Positions 33,899-41,333 of a DNA stretch of 41,544 nt are shown here, in pieces. The DNA is from Gammaproteobacteria bacterium (GTDB lineage Bacteria; Pseudomonadota; Gammaproteobacteria; GCA-001735895). The notes under the pieces were generated by a model. The model worked only from the letters and a program-made list of their open reading frames with translations, ran no database searches and was not told where the DNA came from. The stretch lies in the NCBI GenBank assembly GCA_050298595.1, contig JBNKUM010000023.1:1-41544 (forward strand). The letters are read 5' to 3'. Each line of letters starts with the position of its first letter. Position 1 is the stretch's first letter. Made by a program: the position numbers and the translations under genes.

Positions 33899-34927
33899 AT
33901 GATTAATTTCAAAACAGGTAATATCCTATCAGATAATTCGCAAGCGATTGTCAATACGGTCAATTGCGTGGGTGTTATGGGTAAAGGTTTAGCTTTACAA
34001 TTCAAAAAGGCTTTTCCAGGTAATTTCAAAGAATATAAGTCTGCATGTGATAAAAAATTAGTTACACCGGGTAAAATGTTTATTACCAGATACGATGATA
34101 TTCTTGAAAGCAAATTTATAATTAATTTCCCAACGAAACAACATTGGAAAGGAGCATCAAAAATAGAATATGTAGAAGATGGCCTTGAAGATTTAATTAA
34201 AAATATTAAAAAATTAAAAGTTAAAAGTGTAGCCATTCCACCACTAGGAGCTGGGTTAGGGGGGTTAGATTGGGAAATAGTAAAAAATAAAATTGTCGAA
34301 GCGTTTTCTTCTATCGAAGATGTAGATGTTGTTATCTATGAACCCAACGGAAGTCCAAAAGCTACGAACATGATCAATAAAACTAAGAAACCAAATATGA
34401 CGAGAGGTCGAGCTTTATTAATTAAGTTATTGGAATTTTACTTTCAGAAAGGCTATGAGTGTTCGAAGATAGAAGCTCAGAAACTAGCATATTTTCTACA
34501 AGAATCTGGTATTAACCTAAGGCTCCAATACGTAGCTCATCATTTTGGCCCATATGCAGACAATTTAAATCATGTATTAGAAAGAATTGATGGACACTTC
34601 ATTGAAGGTTTTGGAGACAGAGTCAATACTTCACAGATCAAACTAATACCTTCTTCTATAGACGAAGCTAATAAATTTTTAGAAAATGATATAGAAGCCG
34701 AAACATGTCTTAGAAAGGTTGAAGAACTAATTGATGGTTATGAAACGCCTTTAAGCATGGAGGTTCTTTCAACAGTCCATTGGGTTGTAAAACATGAGAA
34801 ATATGATGCTAGAAACTTTGAAGGAATTAAATCTTTTATCCAGCAATGGAATGAGCGTAAAGCTAGCTGGAAAGACTCTTATTTGCAAAAAGCTATAGTT
34901 AGGCTTGAGTCCTGTCAATGGGTTTAG
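33899..34927 (+). CDS. darG: DarG macrodomain DNA ADP-ribosyl glycohydrolase antitoxin (DarTG2 type; start moved to MINFK)
   Basis: VNTVNCVGVMGKGLALQFK, FPTKQHWK, IPPLGAGLGGLDW, C-terminal QKLAYFLQ..GPYA. Confidence 0.93.
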   Translation: MINFKTGNILSDNSQAIVNTVNCVGVMGKGLALQFKKAFPGNFKEYKSACDKKLVTPGKMFITRYDDILESKFIINFPTKQHWKGASKIEYVEDGLEDLIKNIKKLKVKSVAIPPLGAGLGGLDWEIVKNKIVEAFSSIEDVDVVIYEPNGSPKATNMINKTKKPNMTRGRALLIKLLEFYFQKGYECSKIEAQKLAYFLQESGINLRLQYVAHHFGPYADNLNHVLERIDGHFIEGFGDRVNTSQIKLIPSSIDEANKFLENDIEAETCLRKVEELIDGYETPLSMEVLSTVHWVVKHEKYDARNFEGIKSFIQQWNERKASWKDSYLQKAIVRLESCQWV

Positions 34928-34928
34928 T

Positions 34929-35012
34929 CCCTAGCAAGTCTGATCCACAAAGATAAATTTCACCTTCGTTCCTCACTCCAGTTAAATTTCTCTGTGATTT
35001 GGGCCGTTGGCT
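34929..35012 (+). other. attC-like integron cassette site (degenerate R'') directly after darG
   Basis: CCCTAGC-5 bp-TGATCCAC...GTGATTT-5 bp-GTTGGCT with imperfect stem CACAAAGATAAATTT / AAATTTCTCTGTG and two unpaired bases. Confidence 0.6.
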
Positions 35013-35021
35013 CTTGAAAAA

Positions 35022-35045
35022 TTGGGGGCAGATGCCTACCCCCAA
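35022..35045. repeat. Short palindrome related to the GGGGTCAGA motif
   Basis: TTGGGGGCAGATGCCTACCCCCAA. Confidence 0.55.
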
Positions 35046-35316
35046 CGGGGTTTAAGCTCGTACTAAAAAGCAAAAGCAATCAGATTTTTTTGGGTAAACT
35101 TGTTTACCTGATCGCCAATGCTTAAACGACTTGCAAAACACCCAACGATACCCAGCTGGCGCTGGAAAAGGCTGTTTAGACATTGTCTAAGTCTCCTTCG
35201 GAGTTCCTTGACACCAGCCATATTAACCGCCAAGATTACGTTGCTAAACATATTTTCCTGCGGTATTTTGGTCTGGCCCCCCTTTGGGCAACTCCAGGCA
35301 CCCACGGAAGATTTCG

Positions 35317-35350
35317 AAAAGAGCTCATGTTTGCAGACATGAGCTCTTTT
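35317..35350. terminator. Bidirectional terminator at the 3' end of the minus-strand orphan gene
   Basis: AAAAGAGCTCATGT-TTGCAG-ACATGAGCTCTTTT. Confidence 0.8.
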
Positions 35351-35353
35351 TAT

Positions 35354-36103
35354 TTAGCCCTCATCACCCCATACGGGCGTTTCTGCGGAATTAAATTTTT
35401 TTTCTACCTTCTTTAACATTGCCTTAATAATTAGAAGATCTTCTACCTCATTTACTACGATCACTGAATCCATACCAGGGCCTTTAATTCTTACCGAAAA
35501 TTTATCGTCTCCCTCTATAACATCCTGATCTATATTAGTATTTGGACTGTTTTCATTATTGTCTAGAGTATCTCTATCACCAGAATCCACAGTTTCAACT
35601 TCAGTATCTTCAGAAGCTTTGACACCACCAGCAGCCCCAGCTTTCAAATGGTTATCAGGCCCTATTAGGCCACATTGCTTGGCTCCATCAAGAAAGTACT
35701 TGGATACCCGAGAGCTAATTTGGTCTGGCACATTGAATTCACGAATTAGAAGTTTCTCAAAGTGATCAATTGGTAACTCTCGACCTTCAAATCGATCAAA
35801 AATATTTTTAAATAGAGGTGGTGTTAAAAACGCTAAGGTTAAGGCTACATCGGCCTCTTCCTTGGAGTAAGCCAGTTTATGGTCACGAAATAAACCTGAA
35901 TTTTTAAGCTGCCCTTTTTGGGTAGTAATAAGTCCATACCTTGCAGCAGAGCTAATCAGGGCTTGAAAAGCACCGCTCACCTTCTTATTCAGCTTATCAG
36001 CGGCCATTTCAGTGCTGCACTCTCCACCCAAGTCATCTATCACTTGGGCTAGTTCAATACAATTTTTCAAAGAAGCCCGTGGGTAATCAATTTGTTTTGC
36101 CAT
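35354..36103 (-). CDS. Hypothetical protein, probable tandem winged-helix N-terminus and acidic linker
   Basis: Long ORF with its own terminator; YPRASL start, S..ARYGLI and AKQCGLI helix-wing-like motifs; start MAKQ chosen over 36118. Confidence 0.65.
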   Translation of the reverse strand: MAKQIDYPRASLKNCIELAQVIDDLGGECSTEMAADKLNKKVSGAFQALISSAARYGLITTQKGQLKNSGLFRDHKLAYSKEEADVALTLAFLTPPLFKNIFDRFEGRELPIDHFEKLLIREFNVPDQISSRVSKYFLDGAKQCGLIGPDNHLKAGAAGGVKASEDTEVETVDSGDRDTLDNNENSPNTNIDQDVIEGDDKFSVRIKGPGMDSVIVVNEVEDLLIIKAMLKKVEKKFNSAETPVWGDEG

Positions 36104-36327
36104 AGCTAAACCTATCATTCAATAATCAATATTGAGCACTATACGCCAATAAGCTCATTTTGTAAACTAAAATAAGTTTATTAAATAGCTTATTTAAGTT
36201 TATTCTTAAACCGAGTCTTAAACCGGGTCAGACCCAGGTAACTCGGAATCAATAGGGTAATCAAAGAATCAATAAGTAAAATGGACGTAAAATGGAGACA
36301 CCCAACGAGGGGTAATTGAAGAGGGGA

Positions 36328-36457
36328 CGAGCTGAATATCGGGTCGGACCTGCGTAACATCTTGATTTTATGGACTTATTTCCTATATAACCCTATGATT
36401 TAAGCCTTAAAGGGCCCATTTAACAGGGAAAAAACAACCTTTAAGGAAAATGCAAGT
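36328..36457 (+). repeat. 130-bp direct repeat, copy 1
   Basis: Matches 41088-41217 with 4 mismatches; contains GGGTCGGACC and an IHF consensus at 36355-36367. Confidence 0.95.
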
Positions 36458-36699
36458 GAGGTAATTGAGGGTAATTGAAGACACCCATAATAATTGAAGA
36501 CACCCATCGATTGAAAATGAAATTAATCTTATGCAATTCAGCTACGGCTTCAGTTAAAAGTAAGTGGTATTAAGACGAAATTGCGTATTTGTTTATCTTT
36601 ATTGGGTATTTTGTCCCTGGATGGTTTATCAAGACAAAATGATCCTGCGACCTGAATCGAAGGTTGGTGTTTGAAAGAACTTTTAGAGAGATATTGGGG

Positions 36700-37707
36700 T
36701 TATGTGTCAGGAAAAACTTCAGCGCAGCGCTTCACACCATGCACCCAGTTTTTCCCCATTTGCTCACAGGCTTGCTTAATTTTATATGCGCTTCCCACCA
36801 GTGATTTAAATGGGCTTTCGAAATCCTTTGTCAGGTAAACCCAGTGTCTGGGGTCAATATTCAGTCGGGTCAGTATGTCTGGTAGATGGTCAGGAATGTA
36901 TCCCTTTTTATCATCTCTAAGAATACGTCCAGTCCAGCCCACCAGTTCAAGGTAATCAGTGTAGCGAAAGGGTAGACCTTTTGGCATTTTGTTACGCGGG
37001 TAGCCTGCGAATGGTAGTAACTCACTGGGTTGGGCGCGTATTGCTTCTGGGTTAACAGGACTAGTCTCAGATTGGTGTTTTATGCGTTTCTTAACCGAGG
37101 TGTGATCCGATGTTTCAGGTGTTTGTGCCATGCGAGAACGAATGGGATTGAGATCGACATAGTCCATACAAGCTGCCAATGCTTTTTCATCCAGCAGGGC
37201 CTGTGATTTGAAGCGTCCTTCCCAGAACCGACCTGTTGCCTTATCTTCTTGATTAGCTTGACGTGCAATGGGCTCATTCAGGCATCGCATGAACCAACTG
37301 ATATCCATTAAGCGTTGTCGCCATTCTTCCACTTTTAGCGCTAACTGATCTTCTTCTGCAGGTGGTAAGAGCTCTCCCGTCAGAAAACGATTGGACAGGT
37401 TAAACCCTGAAAACAATTGATGCCATTGGTTACAGACCTCACGTATAGACCAGGCTTCGGCCTTTTGCTGATCGATATGCAAAACGACATGATAGTGATT
37501 GCTCAGGATCGCATAAGCGGCGATATCAATTGCAAAGATTTTAGATAATGAAAGTAATCGATCTTCGATCCATTGTCTTCTGTGTTCATAATCCTGTCCG
37601 GATTGGGAGTCTTTGCCACATAAAAAAGCACGGCGTACACAGCGGGAAATACAATGGTAGTAAGGTGTGGCTTCGATAGAAACCTGAGTCTTCCTTGCTT
37701 TTGGCAT
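36700..37707 (-). CDS. RAYT/TnpA-REP-like Y1 HUH tyrosine transposase, long form
   Basis: YYHCISRCVRRAFLCG, HUH motif SNHYH, GRFWEGRF, catalytic Tyr in DYVDLNP; AGGAG RBS; intact frame. Confidence 0.9.
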   Translation of the reverse strand: MPKARKTQVSIEATPYYHCISRCVRRAFLCGKDSQSGQDYEHRRQWIEDRLLSLSKIFAIDIAAYAILSNHYHVVLHIDQQKAEAWSIREVCNQWHQLFSGFNLSNRFLTGELLPPAEEDQLALKVEEWRQRLMDISWFMRCLNEPIARQANQEDKATGRFWEGRFKSQALLDEKALAACMDYVDLNPIRSRMAQTPETSDHTSVKKRIKHQSETSPVNPEAIRAQPSELLPFAGYPRNKMPKGLPFRYTDYLELVGWTGRILRDDKKGYIPDHLPDILTRLNIDPRHWVYLTKDFESPFKSLVGSAYKIKQACEQMGKNWVHGVKRCAEVFPDT

Positions 37708-37739
37708 AATGCACTCCTTGCAGTTTGATGAGGTATTAA

Positions 37740-37768
37740 AAACTACGACTTTTTCTTTTGTTAGTCAA
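37740..37768 (-). promoter_or_regulatory. Sigma70-type promoter of the HUH transposase
   Basis: Minus strand TTGACT-17 bp-TAGTTT, just inside the ATGGGTGTCC end. Confidence 0.55.
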
Positions 37769-37829
37769 TATTTAATATATGGGTGTCCATGTTTGGCTAT
37801 GGTTTCATGGGGCGACATTTCCTCCATTT

Positions 37830-38018
37830 CGTAGTAGCACCGCAAAGGTTAAAACATATGCTCACGCCTACTATATTTTAATGGTAGCGTATGCACTTTT
37901 GCTTGAAGTATTCTTGTACAGAGAGTTTGGTGTAATTGACCAATCCAGGGTTTGTATCGCTGTGGAGAAGAACAAAGCTAATTATACTAAGATATTCGGC
38001 AATATATTAAAAAAATAA
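37830..38018 (+). pseudogene. Probable 3' gene fragment
   Basis: Open frame ..AHAYYILMVAYALLLEVFLYREFGV..* whose only upstream ATG is inside the terminal motif; left boundary approximate. Confidence 0.35.
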
Positions 38019-38117
38019 ACCTTAGTAAGAATAGTGGGGTCAGGTCTAGCTTTTAGCTCTAATCGGTGGGGACTGGACATTGGGTCAAACCCACCTTTAA
38101 CCTGATGGGTAAATAAT

Positions 38118-38735
38118 TTGAAAAGTAACTTTTTTATTGTACTTATATTGCTGACACCTTTTGTCATTGCTAAATCTGATGGCTTAGATAAAGGAATTGA
38201 TGAGATAAAAAATTACAGAATGTTTATAGATATGCCTCATTCTCTCAACATGAGGTCAGAAGAAGAAAATAAGAATTTTGTTTTAACGTACTATGAGAAA
38301 AAACTAGAAGGATCTGATGAGTTTTCTTCACATTATAAAAAAGAAACAGTGTTATATGATTGGGTGGTTATTTATGAAAATGATAGAGAATTTAAACATA
38401 TAATAAAAATTGTTGCCGATAATTTGATTTCTTTTCCAAAAATAATAAGGGATACAAATATAGCCCCAAAAGATGCGATTACTGTAAGTACTTTTGGCTC
38501 TGATGGAAAAGGATTTAATATGATGGTAAGTGATTTATGTGATTTTAAATTTAAAATATCCGTCCTGGATGATCTAAATGAGATAACAGTTTCGACTATG
38601 CATAATTATCCTAATTTAGATTTTTGCAACGCATATCCGGTGATCCTTGGTGCTAGTGGTATATTGGTGGAGCCTGATGGTAAGGGAGGGGTGATTCTTA
38701 AAAGGAGTGCAGCAATTAAAGACACCCATCAATGA
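38118..38735 (+). CDS. Hypothetical exported protein whose 3' end runs into a GACACCCAT motif
   Basis: TTG start, signal-peptide-like N-terminus; last codons KDTHQ* are read from AAAGACACCCATCAATGA. Confidence 0.6.
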   Translation: MKSNFFIVLILLTPFVIAKSDGLDKGIDEIKNYRMFIDMPHSLNMRSEEENKNFVLTYYEKKLEGSDEFSSHYKKETVLYDWVVIYENDREFKHIIKIVADNLISFPKIIRDTNIAPKDAITVSTFGSDGKGFNMMVSDLCDFKFKISVLDDLNEITVSTMHNYPNLDFCNAYPVILGASGILVEPDGKGGVILKRSAAIKDTHQ

Positions 38736-38862
38736 ATAACTAGGGTCAGATACAAATTAAATTATTTGACGTTTTTTTCGAAGCTTACAGGGTGTAAAGC
38801 TAATTGGAAATGCAGTGTTGTAGATCAAATAAAATATAACGTATATCTGCCCTCAGTTATTC
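38735..38862 (+). repeat. ~127-bp MITE/REPIN-like element, copy 1
   Basis: Ends AATAACTAGGGTCAGATAC / ATATCTGCCCTCAGTTATT; collinear with 39831-39957. Confidence 0.9.
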
Positions 38863-39080
38863 TGCCAGTTATTCGGGAGATTAGTGAGTTGAACCGGGTT
38901 TTTAATCAATTTACCAAATTATGGCAAAATGCGGTAATATCACGGCAGTTAAAACAAGGATAAAAAGGATGGAAAATTTACAAACTTTTGAATTAGAAAA
39001 GGAAAGATCGAATTTTCATCTTAAAAAACAGCTCAACTCTAAAAGTCATATATGGAAAATTTTATAATGATTAGGAAATT

Positions 39081-39734
39081 ATGTTCAAGCATCAGTTAAA
39101 GAGGGTTTCAAAAAATATATACCCATTTATCATCCTTGGGTTTATATCTGGAATGTCTATTGCCAATTCCAACTATTTCGAAAGTATAGAATGGTTAAAT
39201 TGGTATCTTCAATATGCAAATATTGAAATCAATTATAAAGATAGTGGGCAATCGGTCTTTTTTGAGCACTTTGCACCAAATACTCTTCTATATATATTGA
39301 TTGCAATATTTTTCTTTTCCGCTTTACATCGTACGTTTAGAGGGGCTATAGAAAAACCACCCCAAAATGATGAAGGTGCAATTTATGCGTTGGAAAATTT
39401 TGGTTCTCTACTTGCTATATCTTGGCTTGGGCTAATGATAGGTATCATGGGGCCTGCTTGGTATTATGAGGGTTTTCCAAGCTTTATTAAGTTTTTAGTG
39501 CTAGCAATATATCCAATAATGTTTTTGGTCGAGGTGAGATTATGCACAGCATTCTTGTATTGGGAGGGCTTGCAGAAGATACCATCTTACATTGATGATA
39601 GAGCTGGTTGGAGGTGGGGCACTAGAGCCGAAGGTGCATTTGTATTGTTACTTTGTTTAATAATGCTTACATTCCATCAGCAGTATGATTCGTTTATGAA
39701 ACTCCTCGGAACACTAGTGGTATCATTGTTATAA
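39081..39734 (+). CDS. Hypothetical multi-pass membrane protein
   Basis: About 5 hydrophobic segments, AGGA RBS, no recognised family motif. Confidence 0.7.
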   Translation: MFKHQLKRVSKNIYPFIILGFISGMSIANSNYFESIEWLNWYLQYANIEINYKDSGQSVFFEHFAPNTLLYILIAIFFFSALHRTFRGAIEKPPQNDEGAIYALENFGSLLAISWLGLMIGIMGPAWYYEGFPSFIKFLVLAIYPIMFLVEVRLCTAFLYWEGLQKIPSYIDDRAGWRWGTRAEGAFVLLLCLIMLTFHQQYDSFMKLLGTLVVSLL

Positions 39735-39748
39735 CAACGAAGTGGAAG

Positions 39749-39803
39749 TTAAAGGGATCGGAGGTACATAAGAATTATCCCCTTATACCTCCGGCCCCTT
39801 TAA
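39749..39803. repeat. REP-like inverted repeat
   Basis: TTAAAGGGATCGGAGGTA / TACCTCCGGCCCCTTTAA, 16 of 18 complementary. Confidence 0.8.
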
Positions 39804-39830
39804 TCGTTGGAGTAATTGAATAATAATTGA

Positions 39831-39957
39831 AATAACTGGGGTCAGATACAAATTAAATTATTTGTCAGTTTTTTCGAAGCTTACTGGGTATAAAACTAAC
39901 TGGAAATGTAGTGTTATAGATCAAATAAAATATAACGTGTATCTGACCCTAGTTATT
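39831..39957 (+). repeat. ~127-bp MITE/REPIN-like element, copy 2
   Basis: Ends AATAACTGGGGTCAGATACA / TGTATCTGACCCTAGTTATT. Confidence 0.9.
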
Positions 39958-40034
39958 CTTGACCCTAGTTATTCTAGTTATTTTGACCCTAGTTATTTGT
40001 GACCCTAGTTATTTGCTAGTTATTACTAGTTATT
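39944..40034 (+). repeat. Stuttered tandem array of the element's right end
   Basis: Seven CTAGTTATT copies, four extended to TGACCCTAGTTATT, irregular spacers. Confidence 0.95.
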
Positions 40035-40069
40035 ATACGCCCTTTGTATAAATGCTTAGATGTTATATT

Positions 40070-40423
40070 TCACTCGGAAATGAGTTCTTCTATTTGTTCA
40101 AGTTTCATTTGTAAGTGTTTCTTCGTTTGTAGCAGAGCATTTATTTTGTTGTCTACTTTATTAAGTTGTATTTTAAATATTTCAACTTTATCTTGATTGC
40201 TAATCTCTTTATTTTCCCATGGGATAATGAGATTCGCTATTTCTCGTAAGGGCATACCTAGTAATTTTGCGTGCTTAATAAGCTCAACTCTTGCGATAGA
40301 GCTTAATGGATAATCAAAATAACCATTGATTAATCTATTGGGTTGTAATAATCCCAATTTTTCGTAATGACGAATAGTATCTCTTGTTAATCCCGTTTTT
40401 TTCATTAGTTCATGCTTTAACAT
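40070..40423 (-). CDS. MerR-family transcriptional regulator
   Basis: TRDTIRHYEKLGLL..NGY HTH, IKHAKLLGMPLREI, C-terminal coiled coil; no Cys. Confidence 0.9.
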   Translation of the reverse strand: MLKHELMKKTGLTRDTIRHYEKLGLLQPNRLINGYFDYPLSSIARVELIKHAKLLGMPLREIANLIIPWENKEISNQDKVEIFKIQLNKVDNKINALLQTKKHLQMKLEQIEELISE

Positions 40424-40442
40424 ATCACATCTTATTTATGTG

Positions 40443-40474
40443 TTGACCGTGGGCTATACACCATAGTTTAAAGT
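40443..40474 (+). promoter_or_regulatory. MerR-type promoter/operator
   Basis: TTGACC-20 bp-TAAAGT with imperfect dyad ACCGTGGGCTA/TACACCATAGT. Confidence 0.7.
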
Positions 40475-40600
40475 GACCATTCTAATCAACTAGAGAGGTA
40501 GTAAAATGTTAAAAATATACAAACAACTTTTAATGAAAATTATGTGTAAAACTTTAATTAAGTAAAACAAGCGATCAATTAATCTCAGAAGGAATATATT

Positions 40601-41044
40601 TTGCAGTCAGAAAACCCACTTATAGGTACATGGGGATTAATCTCATTTGAGCTTCGCCAAGAAGATGGAACTATCAAGTATCCATGGGGAAGTGATATCA
40701 AAGGCCAAATAATGTATGGTTCAGATGGATACATGGCAGGTTCATTTATGAAAGGAGACAGACCTACTTTTGAAGGTGATGATGTGATGGCAGGATCATC
40801 TATAGAGTTTGAAGAGGCAATGAAGTCTTATATTGGTTATGCTGGGCCATATAACTTGCAGGGAAGGTATGTGTTCCATCAAGCTACTATTAGTTTTTTC
40901 CCAAATTGGACAGATACTACAATCAGAAGGGCTTTTGATGTTGAGGGCAATAGACTTACTCTCACGACACCACCTTTGATCTATGGTGGAATATCAGTTA
41001 TTGCCGCTTTGGTTTGGCAGAAATTGCCTTCATTAAAAATATAA
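40601..41044 (+). CDS. Lipocalin-like domain protein
   Basis: LIGTW.L.S, G.IMY..DGYM, Y.GPY, SFFPNW, GNRLTL motifs; AAGGA RBS with TTG start. Confidence 0.75.
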   Translation: MQSENPLIGTWGLISFELRQEDGTIKYPWGSDIKGQIMYGSDGYMAGSFMKGDRPTFEGDDVMAGSSIEFEEAMKSYIGYAGPYNLQGRYVFHQATISFFPNWTDTTIRRAFDVEGNRLTLTTPPLIYGGISVIAALVWQKLPSLKI

Positions 41045-41087
41045 TAATTGGGGTCATAATAATTTGGGTCAGATACAAATTAAATGT

Positions 41088-41217
41088 CGAGCTGAATATC
41101 GGGTCGGACCTGCGTAACATCTTGATTTTATGGACTTATTGCCTATATAACCCTATGATTTAAACCTTAAAGGGTCCATTTAACAGGGAAAAAACAAACT
41201 TTAAGGAAAATGCAAGT
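41088..41217 (+). repeat. 130-bp direct repeat, copy 2, preceded by a truncated left end of the 127-bp element (41066-41085)
   Basis: Matches 36328-36457; GGGTCAGATACAAATTAAAT just upstream. Confidence 0.95.
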
Positions 41218-41254
41218 ATGAATTAAAGCCCCATTAATTGAAAATGGGGTGTTT

Positions 41255-41305
41255 GGAGACAGATCACAGAATATTTTAATATTAGAGTTAATTGTGATCT
41301 GACCC
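41255..41305. repeat. Short inverted-repeat element with a CTGACCC end
   Basis: GGAGACAGATCACA ... TGTGATCTGACCC. Confidence 0.7.
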
Positions 41306-41333
41306 TAATGGTACTTACTTAAGGCTGTTACGC

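Larger units (their letters stand above)
36498..37788 (-). mobile_element. Y1 HUH transposase unit bounded by short terminal inverted repeats
   Basis: AGACACCCAT (36498-36507, also 36479-36488) and ATGGGTGTCC (37779-37788) enclose the gene, its promoter and its trailer. Confidence 0.7.

Noticed and set aside
24536-34927. Functional RecBCD-DarTG operon or guard relationship
   Set aside because: 325-bp gap with island-boundary motifs and a composition shift; adjacency is better explained by an insertion hotspot
35063-35416. Three overlapping 74-80 aa ORFs between darG and the orphan gene
   Set aside because: Mutually overlapping, no clear RBS or family motif, and some run through the terminator hairpin
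36700-37707. IS200/IS605 element with TnpB/IscB RNA-guided nuclease
   Set aside because: No RuvC-domain ORF adjacent; the protein is the long RAYT-like form
38766-38963. 65-aa ORF
   Set aside because: Starts inside the 127-bp repeat element; likely a chance frame
39944-40034. CRISPR array
   Set aside because: Units are 9-14 bp with 0-3 bp separators, no unique 25-45 bp spacers, and no cas genes in the window
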